Counted from the stretch's first letter, positions 47,840 to 61,741 are shown. The stretch: 64,000 nucleotides of DNA from Terriglobales bacterium (GCA_041691575.1 JBEPUJ010000014.1:24238-88237), one strand, 5' to 3'. Notes: generated by a model not told the origin, from the letters alone. Numbers and translations: made by a program.

Positions 47840-48100
47840 CTAGCCTTTTGCGTTCTGCTTCCTTCGCTCGGCCCAACGCTTTTTCATGGCATCGGCGATG
47901 CGCTTGCGGCCTTCGGGGCTTAACTTACGTTTACGCGGCGCCGCGGCTGCCGGCGCTGCCTTGGCGGCTGGTTTGCGCCCTTTAGGACGGCCCGGGCCTT
48001 TGTTCGCGGACTGTTGTGTCGTCCCAGCCAGCACAGCACGCGCCTGCTGTAACTTCGATATCTGCGCGTCGATCTCGGCGATAATGCGGCTTACTTCCAC
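47840..48100 (-). CDS. Small basic protein, candidate nucleoid-associated protein
   Basis: GTG start with GGAGG RBS; coiled coil, PGRPKGRK, KRKLSPEGRKRIADAMKKRWA. Confidence 0.7.
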   Translation of the reverse strand: MEVSRIIAEIDAQISKLQQARAVLAGTTQQSANKGPGRPKGRKPAAKAAPAAAAPRKRKLSPEGRKRIADAMKKRWAERRKQNAKG

Positions 48101-48357
48101 GTGTTGCCTCCTGTTGGCATCGGTCAATCCAATCACTCGGTCCATGGATCGTTATAACTCGAATGTATGCAATGCCACCTTCGACGATACAGAAGTGACT
48201 AGGCACATGCAAATAATTTGTAAGTCAAAATGCTGATGGGAACATCTTGTATCAGCTTTCATCATTGGACGAAGTTTGTCGTAGCCTCCATCTTCGGCAT
48301 TCGCGCCAACGGTCAGCATCCTATCTTCGAGAACATAAATGCTAGACTGCATCTGCG

Positions 48358-50040
48358 ATGCGACTTATTCCACTGCGGCTCTGGTTGCTGGCCGTACTGT
48401 CCGGCATTCTTCAGGTGTTACCTTTTCCTATCGCTGGTCCAACGCCTCTTTGGCGAACGGCCTTCTGCTGGGTAGCGCTTCTCCCGCTGCTCTGGGCGCT
48501 GCTCAGTGATAGCAGGACCGGGAATCCACTTACTCTAAAGCAGGGTGCGGCTCTCGGTTATGTCGCTGGATTCGTCTGGTATCTCGGCAACTGCTATTGG
48601 ATCTACCAGACCATGTATCTCTACGGCGGTCTCGCGAAGCCGATTGCCGTGGGCATTCTCACTCTCTTCTGTCTTTATCTCGGTCTCTATCACGCCCTCT
48701 TCGCAACGCTCCTCGCAGCTTGCCGCATGCGCTTCGGACGCCAGGCAGCGCTCTTCCTAGTTCCTTTTGCATGGGTCGCTGTAGAACTGGCCCGCGCTCG
48801 TATTACCGGCCTGCCGTGGGACTTACTCGGCGTCGCACAGGTAGACAGTCCGCTACTTACGCGTCTCGCCCCGGTTACGGGCGTCTACGGGCTCTCTTTT
48901 CTCATCGCTGCGATCAATGCACTATGGCTTATTCGCATTCGTGTTCGCGAGCATCGGTTCACCCGTCCGGCGCTGACACTGGCGGGCGTTGTCATCGTCG
49001 TGCTGTATGTCTTGTTCCTGCGCGGGGTCGCTATTCACAAAGATGTCTCGGTAACTGCGCAGGCAACGCTGCTACAGGAAAATCTTGAGGTTGGAGCAGC
49101 CGATATCGGACCTCAGTTATCCACCCAGCAATTGCTCAACTCTTTTTCGAAGCTGAGCCTCTATCCGTCTCCCTCTCGCTGCAATGGGATTCCCGAACTC
49201 GCGTCAACTCAATGTGTCGCTTTTACAACCCCAATACCGAACCGCGAAAGCGGAGCGCCGACTTCAACCGACCTTATCGTCTGGCCTGAGTCGCCCGCTC
49301 CCTTTGAGGAGCAGGACCCGCCATTCCGCGATGCGCTCTCTGCGCTTGCCCGCGAAGCCAACGCACCCATCATCGTCGGCAACATCGGTATCGACCGCAG
49401 CAATGAAAATACACGCGGATACAACCTCTTCAACTCCGCATCTTTCATCGCGCCGAATGGAGATTTTGCCGGACGCTACGACAAGATGCATCTGGTCCCA
49501 TTTGGCGAGTATGTTCCCTTCAAGAATCTCTTCTTCTTTGCCAAGAGTCTGCTCAACGAAGTAGGGACCTTCGATCCTGGCACGCACCGCGTCGTCTTTA
49601 CCGCGAACGGTCATACCTATGGAACTTTTATCTGTTACGAATCCATCTTTGCGAACGAGGTCCGCCAGTATGTTCAGCAGGGAGCGGAGGTTCTCGTCAA
49701 CATCTCCAATGACGGCTGGTATGGCGATACCAGCGCTCCCTGGCAGCATCTCAACATGGTCCGCATGAGGGCTATCGAAAACCATCGCTGGATTCTTCGT
49801 GCAACGAACACCGGCGTCACCGCTGTCATCAATCCCTACGGCCAGGTGACTGCGTCTGCGCCACGCCACATCCGCACCGCGCTCCATGCAGGTTTTGGAT
49901 ACGAGCGCGACATCACCTTCTACGCTGCGCACGGCGATCTATTTGCCTACGCCTGCGCTATCCTCAGCGCGCTGGTTCTCATCCTCAGCCTTTCCGGAGA
50001 TGGAAAAAGGGATACTACGCGCCGGGATCTTCGGACGTAG
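48358..50040 (+). CDS. lnt: Apolipoprotein N-acyltransferase
   Basis: WPES, YDKMHLVPFGEY, ICYES, NDGW, RATNTG. Confidence 0.95.
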   Translation: MRLIPLRLWLLAVLSGILQVLPFPIAGPTPLWRTAFCWVALLPLLWALLSDSRTGNPLTLKQGAALGYVAGFVWYLGNCYWIYQTMYLYGGLAKPIAVGILTLFCLYLGLYHALFATLLAACRMRFGRQAALFLVPFAWVAVELARARITGLPWDLLGVAQVDSPLLTRLAPVTGVYGLSFLIAAINALWLIRIRVREHRFTRPALTLAGVVIVVLYVLFLRGVAIHKDVSVTAQATLLQENLEVGAADIGPQLSTQQLLNSFSKLSLYPSPSRCNGIPELASTQCVAFTTPIPNRESGAPTSTDLIVWPESPAPFEEQDPPFRDALSALAREANAPIIVGNIGIDRSNENTRGYNLFNSASFIAPNGDFAGRYDKMHLVPFGEYVPFKNLFFFAKSLLNEVGTFDPGTHRVVFTANGHTYGTFICYESIFANEVRQYVQQGAEVLVNISNDGWYGDTSAPWQHLNMVRMRAIENHRWILRATNTGVTAVINPYGQVTASAPRHIRTALHAGFGYERDITFYAAHGDLFAYACAILSALVLILSLSGDGKRDTTRRDLRT

Positions 50041-50093
50041 GTTTCACCCAAACCCGGAAGTCAAACCACTGGATGCACTAAACTCAAAACATC

Positions 50094-51225
50094 ATGTTGA
50101 GCGACCTAGAATTTACCTACAACCCAGTTCGCGACAAAGTGCGCGATCTGCGGGAGTATCTTTGACTCGGCCCGCCTGCGCCGTGAACTAGCCATCATTG
50201 AAGAGAAGACCGCCGACCCCACCATCTGGGCCGACGCCGCGCGTTCGCAGCCGCTCATGCGCGAGCGCAAGCGCCTCGAAACCCTGCTCGCCGACGACGC
50301 CGAACTTGCCCGCCGGTCCGATGACATCGATGCGTACTTCGATCTCGCCAAAGAAGGCGAGGACACCGAGCCCGATCTCGTCCGCGAGATTCCCGCGTTG
50401 ATCGAATTCGCCGACAAGCTCGAATCCAAAACCATGCTCTCCAACGAGACCGATCCCCTCAACGCCATCGTCGTCGTCCACCCCGGCGCGGGCGGCACCG
50501 AGTCGCAGGACTGGGCCGAGATGCTCATGCGCATGTACATTCGCTGGGGCGAGCGCCAGAACTTCAAAGTCGAGATCAACGAAGTCCAGGACGGCGACGA
50601 AGCCGGCATCAAGTCGGCCACCTTCACCATCTCCGGCGACTTCGCCTTCGGGCTGTTAAGCGGAGAGACCGGCGTCCATCGGCTGGTTCGCATCTCTCCC
50701 TTCGACTCCGCCAAGCGCCGCCACACCAGCTTTGCCAGCGTCTTCGTCTCGCCCGAGATCGACGACACCATCGTCATCGACATCAAGCCCGACGACCTCC
50801 GCATCGACACCTACCGCTCCGGCGGCAAGGGCGGCCAGCACGTCAATACCACCGACTCCGCCGTCCGCATCACTCACCTTCCGACGGGACTCGTCGCCGG
50901 CTGCCAGAACGAGCGCTCCCAGCACAAAAATAAAGAGCGGGCGATGAAGCTCCTCCGCTCACGCATCTACGAGTACGAACTCGATAAGAAGAAGGCCATC
51001 AGCAGAAAGCTGGAGGACTCGAAGCTCGACATCAAGTTCGGCTCCCAGATTCGCAGCTACGTTCTCCAGCCCTACCGCATGGCAAAGGATCTGCGCACCC
51101 GCGTCGAAGTCGGCGATGTTGATCGCGTCCTCGACGGAGATCTCGAACCCTTCATTCGCGGCTATCTTCGCATGAGGCGTGAAGGAAACTTCCCGGCCGA
51201 AGCCGCGGAGGACGAGGATATCTAA
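50094..51225 (+). CDS. prfB: Peptide chain release factor 2 (programmed +1 frameshift)
   Basis: ATG 50094 gives MLSDLEF...REYL then CTT TGA C; +1 frame carries GGTESQDWA, SPF and GGQ. Confidence 0.96.
50152..50166 (+). promoter_or_regulatory. RF2 autoregulatory frameshift site
   Basis: GGGAG-TAT-CTT-TGA-C. Confidence 0.92.
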
Positions 51226-51278
51226 CTGGTTCGACGCTCGTTCTTCAAGCATCCAATTCAGTAGAGAGAAGAGGACCT

Positions 51279-51800
51279 ATGAGCGCATCGACAGATCGAG
51301 GCAAAGATCAAGGCAAAGACCAACTCGCCGAACTCCGCAAACAACTTGTCGCGCTGTTGAATGGCGGTCAGGCCCACGCCACCTTAGACGCCGCCGTCAA
51401 GGACTTTCCGGCGGAACTTCGCGGCAAGGTTCCACCCAACCTACCCTACTCCGCCTGGCAACTGCTTGAACACATGCGCATCACCCAGCGCGACATTCTC
51501 AACTTCAGCGCGCCCCCTACCGGCGGCTATCATGGCCTCGAATGGCCCGATGCCTACTGGCCCAAATCGCCTGAGCCGCCCACAGCGCACTCATGGGACC
51601 AGGCCGTATTTGCCATCCGCAAGGACCGCGAGTTATTCGAAGCTCTCTTCCAAAGGCCCGAGGCTGACCTCTTCAAGCCATTCCTCTGGGGCGACGGTCA
51701 GAATCTGCTCCGCGAGGCTCTCCTCATCGCCGACCATACCGCCTATCATCTCGGCGAACTCATCGTTCTTCGCCGCCTGCTTGGAGCATGGCATACGTAG
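51279..51800 (+). CDS. DinB family protein
   Basis: AHA, WQLLEHM, DHTAYHLGE helical-bundle pattern. Confidence 0.8.
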   Translation: MSASTDRGKDQGKDQLAELRKQLVALLNGGQAHATLDAAVKDFPAELRGKVPPNLPYSAWQLLEHMRITQRDILNFSAPPTGGYHGLEWPDAYWPKSPEPPTAHSWDQAVFAIRKDRELFEALFQRPEADLFKPFLWGDGQNLLREALLIADHTAYHLGELIVLRRLLGAWHT

Positions 51801-51812
51801 AAAAGAGGCTGA

Positions 51813-52214
51813 GTGAACGAACCCGAAGTTATCCGTGCCATGCTTGGAGCGCCGCCGCGCACCATCGCCGTCATCGGCCTCTCCGCCAACTCCGGCAAGC
51901 CCAGCCACTACGTTCCTGCCTACATGCAGCAGCATGGCTACCGCATCCTGCCTGTGAATCCTACGGTCGATGCCGTTCTCGGCGAAAAATCCTTTGCCTC
52001 GCTCAGCGATCTCCCCCTCAAACCCGATATCGTCAATGTCTTTCGCCTGCCGAAGTACATCCCTGCCATCGTCGACGAGATGCTCCAGCTCGGGCTGAAG
52101 AACCTCTGGGTCCAACTGGGGATCGTCGACCTTGAAGCCGCCGCCAAAGCCGAGGCAGGCGGCATCCACGTCGTTATGGACCGCTGCATCATGGTCGAAC
52201 ACCGGCGGCACTGA
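51813..52214 (+). CDS. CoA-binding domain protein (YccU-like)
   Basis: IAVIGLS..KPS..V..Y....GY...PVNP, WVQLG, VMDRC. Confidence 0.88.
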   Translation: MNEPEVIRAMLGAPPRTIAVIGLSANSGKPSHYVPAYMQQHGYRILPVNPTVDAVLGEKSFASLSDLPLKPDIVNVFRLPKYIPAIVDEMLQLGLKNLWVQLGIVDLEAAAKAEAGGIHVVMDRCIMVEHRRH

Positions 52215-52363
52215 AACATTGTACGGAGGTGCGGGAAAAATCTGCTGCGGCCAACGTCTAACCCAGAAGATCACCGGTTCCTGACCACCAACAACCACGT
52301 CATTTCCAGCAAAACTAAGCAAAACGTCAGTATTATTAAGCTTTCGGCCTACAATTAAACCAA

Positions 52364-54451
52364 ATGAAAATTCGCTACCCTCTGCTCGCTGCGGTCTGCA
52401 TTCTTTTCCCCCTCCTGACCGCTCACGCGCAGCTTCCGGTAGCTGGCGACGGAGGCCCCGGCCCCGCGAAGGCCCTGCATCTGACGGCAGAGCTGGTCTC
52501 GGCGTCTTCCACCATCGCCCCCGGCGGAACCCTCCAGACCGGTCTCGTGATTACTCTCGATCCTCACTGGCACGTCTACTGGATCAACGCCGGAGACTCC
52601 GGCCAATCGCCTCGGGTCGACTGGACTCTTCCCGCCGGAATCACCGCCAGTCCAATGCAGTTTCCCATCCCCAGCCGCCTTCCCCTCGGCCCGCTGATGG
52701 ATTTCGGCTACGAGAATGCAGTAACTTTCCCCGTCCAATTTACCGCGGACAAGTCCCTGAAGACAGGGAAGGTCCACCTCGATGCGAAGGTAAGCTGGCT
52801 GGTCTGCCGCGAGGTTTGCATCCCCGGCAAGGCCCATCTGGGCCTCGATCTGACCGTTGCTCCCGGCGCTACGATCCAGCCGACAGGCGTACTGGCTGAA
52901 GCCCTCAACCTCATCCCCAGGCCGCCTCCGCCCGATGCGAAGTTCACCGTCATCGGCGGCAAATCCGACCTGGTCCTCACCCTGATTACCGGCCACAACG
53001 AATCTTCCGCCGAGTTCTACCCCTTCGATCAGGATCAGATCGTCAACGCCGCGCCTCAAACAGTGGAGCCCCTGCCGAATGGAGTCCGCCTCCGCATTCA
53101 GCGCGCCCCGGACCTCGCCAAACTTCCCACGCAACTTCACGGCGTCATCAAATTAAGTGCCACGCAGGCCTACGACGTCACTGCGCCCGTCACACCCGGC
53201 GAAGTGGCTCCCGCTGCTGGAACCAGACCGGCGAACAGCGCCAGCGGCATCACGACCATCACCGCCATCGGCCTCGCCTTCCTTGGCGGCATCATCCTCA
53301 ACCTGATGCCCTGCGTCTTTCCTGTGCTCTTCCTCAAGGGGCTGGCGCTGGTGCAGTCCTCGGGCGAAGCGCGCAGCCGTCTGCGCAGCCATGGCCTGGT
53401 CTACACCCTTGGCATTCTGGTGTCCTTCTGGGTCATCGTGGCCGTTCTGCTCGGGCTTCGAGCGGGAGGAGCGCAGGCAGGATGGGGCTTCCAGCTCCAG
53501 TCTCCCGCCTTCATCGCGGTGCTCTCGCTCGGCATCTTCTTCTTTGCCCTCTCGCTTGCCGGACAGTTCGAACTTGGCCTCTCCTTCACCAGTGTCGGTG
53601 GAGAACTGGCGAAGAAGCAGGGCTTTGCCGGCAGCTTCTTTACCGGCGTGTTGGCCACCATCGTTGCCACGCCATGCACGGCCCCGCTGATGGGCGCAGC
53701 CATCGGCTTTGCCCTTGCCCAGCCCGCGGGGATCACTTTCGCCGTCTTTACCGCGCTTGGACTGGGGTTGGCCACGCCATATCTACTGCTCAGCTTCCAG
53801 CCTGCGTGGACACGGATCCTTCCTCGTCCGGGACAATGGATGGAGACGCTCAAGCAACTCACCGCCGTCCCTCTCTTTGCCACGGTGATCTGGCTGACCT
53901 GGCTCTACGGGCGTCTGTATGGCACCTCTACCTCGCAGGGGCTGGATCATATGGCCTATCTGCTGGGCGGTTTCCTGCTGGTAGCGATTGCGGGTTGGGT
54001 GCTGGCCCGCTGGCCTGCGCGCTGGGGTTCGACGATTGCGGCACTCATTCTTGGCGCGGCTGCGATTGCCACGTCGCTCTATTCCCCGAAGGACACGACG
54101 CTGGTCTGGCAGCCTTATTCGCAGCAGGCGCTCGATCAGGCTCGCGCCGACGGCCATCCGGTGTTCATCGACTTCACGGCTGCGTGGTGCCTGAGCTGCC
54201 AGGTCAACGAGCGGCTGGTTCTGCGCTCGGCTGATGTTCAGCGGCAGTTTGACGACCGTAAGATGACTCTGCTGAAGGCTGACTGGACGCAGTACGATCC
54301 CGAGATTACCAAGGAGCTTGCCCTGCTGAACCGCAGCGGAGTTCCTACCTACGTCATCTATCCGTCCAGCCCCGGCGCTGCTGCCGATGTGCTGCCGGAG
54401 CTGCTGACCAAGGATATTGTTCTTGCGGCGATCGCCCGCGACGCTCGCTAG
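52364..54451 (+). CDS. dsbD: Thiol:disulfide interchange protein DsbD
   Basis: WHVYW/CREVCIP N-domain, MPCVFP and TPCTAP TM cysteines, WCLSC thioredoxin. Confidence 0.9.
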   Translation: MKIRYPLLAAVCILFPLLTAHAQLPVAGDGGPGPAKALHLTAELVSASSTIAPGGTLQTGLVITLDPHWHVYWINAGDSGQSPRVDWTLPAGITASPMQFPIPSRLPLGPLMDFGYENAVTFPVQFTADKSLKTGKVHLDAKVSWLVCREVCIPGKAHLGLDLTVAPGATIQPTGVLAEALNLIPRPPPPDAKFTVIGGKSDLVLTLITGHNESSAEFYPFDQDQIVNAAPQTVEPLPNGVRLRIQRAPDLAKLPTQLHGVIKLSATQAYDVTAPVTPGEVAPAAGTRPANSASGITTITAIGLAFLGGIILNLMPCVFPVLFLKGLALVQSSGEARSRLRSHGLVYTLGILVSFWVIVAVLLGLRAGGAQAGWGFQLQSPAFIAVLSLGIFFFALSLAGQFELGLSFTSVGGELAKKQGFAGSFFTGVLATIVATPCTAPLMGAAIGFALAQPAGITFAVFTALGLGLATPYLLLSFQPAWTRILPRPGQWMETLKQLTAVPLFATVIWLTWLYGRLYGTSTSQGLDHMAYLLGGFLLVAIAGWVLARWPARWGSTIAALILGAAAIATSLYSPKDTTLVWQPYSQQALDQARADGHPVFIDFTAAWCLSCQVNERLVLRSADVQRQFDDRKMTLLKADWTQYDPEITKELALLNRSGVPTYVIYPSSPGAAADVLPELLTKDIVLAAIARDAR

Positions 54452-55098
54452 GTTTTTTTGAGCGCGATGTGGGCGGCGCGGACGTCGCTGGCGGTGAAGA
54501 CGGAGAAGAAGGGTGCTCCGGCTGCGGCCGCTTCAATGTGGGCGCGGCCACCTTGCTCGCGGTCAACCAGGCAAAGGACTCCGGCTACGATCATTCCGGC
54601 TTCGCGGGCAGCTTCGATGGCGGTGATGGTTGAGCCGCCGGTGGTGCATACGTCATCGACGATGACGACCTGCGCGCCTTTTTTCAGGAAGCCCTCGATG
54701 CGGCGTCCGGTGCCGTGAGATTTTTCGGCCTTGCGGACGAGAAAGCCATGGATGAGGGTCGGGGCAGGCTCGGAGCCGGCTTCGAGCTCGAGTTCGCTGG
54801 AAAGTGCGAGCATCTCGGTGTGATCGGCGAGCGCCCAGGCGCTGGCGCTGGCTGTGTTGGAGACCAGAGGATCGGCGCCCATGGTGAGGCCGCCTACTGC
54901 TTCCACCTGGGGGAGATGCTCGCGGATGAGGTCGTAGAGGACCAGGCCCGAGAGGCGGCCACCTTCGGCGTCGAGCGTGGTGGTGCGGCAGTCGATGTAG
55001 TAGTCGGACTTCTGGCCGCTGGCGAGGGTGAAGTCGCCCAGCTTGAAGGAGAGGGTGGCGATGAGCTTGAGCAGGTCGGTGCGGGCGTCGTTTGGCAT
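54448..55098 (-). CDS. pyrE: Orotate phosphoribosyltransferase
   Basis: FTLASGQKSDYYID, GLTMGADP, VRKAEKSHG, VDDVCTTGGS. Confidence 0.93.
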   Translation of the reverse strand: MPNDARTDLLKLIATLSFKLGDFTLASGQKSDYYIDCRTTTLDAEGGRLSGLVLYDLIREHLPQVEAVGGLTMGADPLVSNTASASAWALADHTEMLALSSELELEAGSEPAPTLIHGFLVRKAEKSHGTGRRIEGFLKKGAQVVIVDDVCTTGGSTITAIEAAREAGMIVAGVLCLVDREQGGRAHIEAAAAGAPFFSVFTASDVRAAHIALKKT

Positions 55099-55227
55099 GG
55101 TCTCGTTTGATTGTAGATGGTGCGCCGGGTTCACTTTGAGCGAAGCGCCGAGAGCGACGGGCTCAGTCACGCTATGATATTTCCGAACCTGCGATCGGTT
55201 TTTCAATTCCGCGAACCTGGAGAGACC

Positions 55228-55989
55228 ATGCCCTACGGCGAAAGAACTCATTCTGTGTTGTTGAAGGCGCTGGTGTTGATGGTCTGCGTGGGAGGCTTGA
55301 ACTCGGGCGAGGCGCAGGCGATCCCGGCGCACAAGTCCGCGATTGTTCTATTCGATGGGTCCAATCTCAAGAACTTCGACACCTTTCTGCCGAGCAAGGG
55401 CTTGAACTCCGATCCTGACCATGTGTTTCAGGTAGAGGATGGCGTCATCCACATCTCGGGCAAGGAGATGGGCTACATCATCACGAAGAAGGCGTACCGG
55501 AACTTCTACCTGCGCGCGGAGTTCAAGTGGGGAGAGGGAACGTATGGAAGCCGCGAGGGCAAGGCCCGCGATAGCGGCATCCTCTACAACGTGCAGGGAG
55601 AGCAGAAGGTCTGGCCGCGGTCCATTGAGTTTCAGATCACGGAGGGGGGCACCGGCGACTTCTGGCTGACCGACGGAGCGGCTTTGACCGGCAAGAATGG
55701 CACGCGGGTCACTGGACCAGCGGGAAAATCATTAAACATCGACCGTTTTGGCAAAGGACCGTCAGAGAACGTGGTCGGATACCGCGATCCGGTGGGTGAG
55801 GTGGAGAAGCCCCATGGCGAGTGGAATGTGCTGGAACTGGTGACGCAGGGGAACGACGTCAAGCAATACGTCAATGGGAAGCTGGTCAATGAAGGCACGG
55901 ACCCCTCGCCGGTGAGCGGCAAGATCCTGTTCCAGTCCGAGGGAGCCGAGGTCTATTTCCGTGACATGAAGCTCTACCCGCTCAAATAA
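55228..55989 (+). CDS. DUF1080 (3-keto-disaccharide hydrolase family) exported protein
   Basis: LFDG, NFYLRAEFKWG, DSGI, EFQI, GEWN, FQSEG.EV.FR. Confidence 0.85.
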   Translation: MPYGERTHSVLLKALVLMVCVGGLNSGEAQAIPAHKSAIVLFDGSNLKNFDTFLPSKGLNSDPDHVFQVEDGVIHISGKEMGYIITKKAYRNFYLRAEFKWGEGTYGSREGKARDSGILYNVQGEQKVWPRSIEFQITEGGTGDFWLTDGAALTGKNGTRVTGPAGKSLNIDRFGKGPSENVVGYRDPVGEVEKPHGEWNVLELVTQGNDVKQYVNGKLVNEGTDPSPVSGKILFQSEGAEVYFRDMKLYPLK

Positions 55990-55995
55990 GCGGGA

Positions 55996-56148
55996 GAGGT
56001 TGCTGAAAAAGTTCGCGGGTGACGTTGCCGAAAAAGTCTAGCTCTGTTAAGGGCACGGCTTCAGCCGTGCCGTAAATGCTTTGCTTGCAGTGCGGCTTTA
56101 GCCGCTGGGGGATATTTCCGCGCCGCAACTGAGTTTTTCAGCAGCCTC
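55996..56148 (-). mobile_element. Family B element, copy 2 (153 bp)
   Basis: Ends GAGGTTGCTGAAAAA / TTTTTCAGCAGCCTC around the same double hairpin; partial internal repeat of one end; no clean target duplication. Confidence 0.7.
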
Positions 56149-56176
56149 TGGAGATCATCGGGTGCCAGACCACCAC

Positions 56177-57135
56177 TTACCGGGTGATTCGGTCCAGGTG
56201 CCGGTAGCCGCCGGTGATGAGGAAGAGGGCGAGGAAGACCGACAGGTTGTAGCAGGCGTGGACCAGCGCGGCGCAGGCTACCGACTTGGTCCGAATGCGA
56301 ACCAGGGTGAGGACGAGCGAGACGCAGAAGAGGACGAAGAGCGCTCCCCAGGCGTGGGCCAGTTGCTCGGCATGGAGCAGGCCAAAGAGGATGCTGGTGA
56401 CGATGGCCGAGAAGAGCAGACCGGCGGTGGTCAGGCTCGTGGTGGTCTGCCAGCGTTGTTGCGCGACCGGGGTGCGGGGCAGGCTCAGCCAGTCGTAGGC
56501 GATGGCGAAGGCGGGCAGAAGGAAGCCGCGGAAGCAGATCTCCTCAAAGATCGGGGCGAGCAGCGTGCCGAAGAGGGTGACCAGCCAGACGTCGGAGGGA
56601 GTGCGGAAGAAGTTGTCCATGGGGATGGACTTGGGCACAGGGATCAGCGAAGAGATGGCCTGAACCGTCCAGCCGAGGACCAGGCCGAGAGCGATCAGCT
56701 TGAGGATGTTGCGGCGGGCTGCGGCGAAGTTCCATTCGATACCGTCGGTGAAGGAACGGTTCCACAGCAGAGGGAAGAAAAACCACGAGGCGACGAGAGC
56801 GGAGACGTAAGCGACAGCCATGGCGGCGACCAGAAGCTTGGGCTGCTGCATGGAAATCGCTATCTTTTGTCCGTCGTGCAAGGGATGGGCGAAGAAGCCG
56901 AGCAGCGCCGCCTGAGCCAGCAGCAGGATAAGGCCGGCGAAAGCGACGAAGAGGATGGCGTGGCCGAGGTGAGGGATGCGGCGAGGCGTGTAGTCCGACG
57001 AGGTATTGGGGGTGTCGGGAAGGAACATGGTTGTTTCGTCCTCGGCGCCGGTGGGGCGAAACGAGGGGAGAGCAGGGGCAGGAGCCTCGGGTGAGGCGGG
57101 CTGGTCGCCGAAGGAGAGATTGGGAGGAAGTTCGC

Positions 57136-57139
<4 letters not shown>
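56177..57139 (-). CDS. CPBP (CAAX/Abi) intramembrane metalloprotease
   Basis: [20 protein letters not shown]. Confidence 0.9.
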
Positions 57140-60285
<3,146 letters not shown>

Positions 60286-60518
60286 GAATGATTGTGGCCG
60301 GTGTGGGCCAAGTCTCTAGGATACGGCATTCCGGGTGGGGAGGCGAAGAAGGGGTTTGGTGCAGGGTGGCAACCCAAAATGGGAAAGATGTATCCGATGG
60401 AGCAACAGGATTTTTTTGAGGGTTATTGTAAACGCTGCCGGATTTGTAAGAATATCGACGTAGCAGTATGCCGCAGAAGCGTCTTGGCTCGCGGTCCAGG
60501 TTGGAATCAGGGGTATTT

Positions 60519-60692
60519 GTGAATTCGTCGATCGTATTGATCTGTGCGGTGTTGGCTTCGCTGGCGGTTGGCGTCCTGTTAGCCTATGGAGTCTGTATGG
60601 CGATGTTCAATGTGTTTCGCATTCATGCCCGGCAGGTGGCGGTGAAGTCGGCGCGCGGAGTGGTGGCTTCACCGCGGGTGGTTCAGAGCTAA
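60519..60692 (+). CDS. Small single-TM hypothetical protein
   Basis: MNSSIVLICAVLASLAVGVLLAYGVC...; GTG start; coding status inferred. Confidence 0.5.
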   Translation: MNSSIVLICAVLASLAVGVLLAYGVCMAMFNVFRIHARQVAVKSARGVVASPRVVQS

Positions 60693-60826
60693 AGAGCTTC
60701 TGATTAAGGAGCTTCTGATTAAGTCCGGCTCTGTTAAGGGCACGGCTTCAGCCGTGCCGTAAGTGACTCGCCCGTAATGCGGCTTTAGCCGCTGAGGGAA
60801 TCTCCCGAGACTTAGTCAGACCTTCC
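60693..60826 (-). mobile_element. Family A MITE, copy 3 (119 bp plus 15-bp tandem duplication)
   Basis: CTAA at 60689-92 and 60827-30; GAGCTTCTGATTAAG twice (60694-60723). Confidence 0.8.
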
Positions 60827-60926
60827 CTAAGAGCTTGGCCGGGAGCTGTAAGAGCAATCCTCTCAACCAGATCATCAGCACGTCATCTCCAGCGGAGCAA
60901 ACGCTGGAGATTTTTAGTTTAAGGCG

Positions 60927-61550
60927 CTACTGCCGAGCTGGCTGCGGCTGTTGTTGCTGCTGCTGGCGAATGCGCTGTAGCTGCTCGAAGATCTGTTGAG
61001 GCGTCTTGACGGAGTTGGAAGACTCAGGCACGGCGGGTTGTGACGCCTGGGGATTGCCGGGCGCGGTCTCTTCCGGGGCAGGCGCGGGGGGATAGTCGGG
61101 CCGTGCCGGGGGTGGGAGCGGTTCCTCTTCGCGTGCGGCGGCGTTGGGGTTAGGCGGGGTGGGACCGCCGCGGCGCGGGGTCAGGACCAACTCGGCTGGG
61201 GTGGTGCGGGTGGCTTCGAGCAGAAGCATGTTGCTGCCGGTGCCGTCGAGCAGCGTGCGCAGGATCTTCGATGGAGCGGCAGGGCCGTACTGGCCGAAGA
61301 CGCGCTCATCAGCGACGGCTCCGGTGAGCTTCATCCCCGTCGCGTGGGCGATGTCGCGGAGAATCTGATTGAGGCTGGAGTTATTGGCGGAGACGAAAAG
61401 CTGGCCGGCGGTATAGGTGACTTCGGCGCGATGCTGCTGTTGCTGCGCAGCAGGCGCCGGCTGCGTCGTTTGTGCCGACGCCAGCGCGGCGAGCGCGGAG
61501 AGCGCGATGCCAAGGGTAGCGGCGAGCCGGATTTTAGCGAACTGCTTCAT
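60927..61550 (-). CDS. Exported protein with STN/secretin-N-like domain and Pro/Gln-rich tail
   Basis: Signal peptide MKQFAKIRL...; SLNQILRDIAHATG...LRTLLDGTG; domain call tentative. Confidence 0.55.
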   Translation of the reverse strand: MKQFAKIRLAATLGIALSALAALASAQTTQPAPAAQQQQHRAEVTYTAGQLFVSANNSSLNQILRDIAHATGMKLTGAVADERVFGQYGPAAPSKILRTLLDGTGSNMLLLEATRTTPAELVLTPRRGGPTPPNPNAAAREEEPLPPPARPDYPPAPAPEETAPGNPQASQPAVPESSNSVKTPQQIFEQLQRIRQQQQQQPQPARQ

Positions 61551-61741
61551 GTGATGGGTGGGACGCACGGCGGCGGCGGAGGTCACTGTTCCCGGGCCGC
61601 CGCTGGCAATCAGTCTATCGCGTGGCGATGACCGACGTTGCGGCGGCTGCTCCGGCTGGGTGGTTGTACTAGACTGTGCAGAGATATTCGCGGGATTTTC
61701 CGGGTTTCCGGACGGAGCGTAAAAGCCGCATGGTGGACGGG

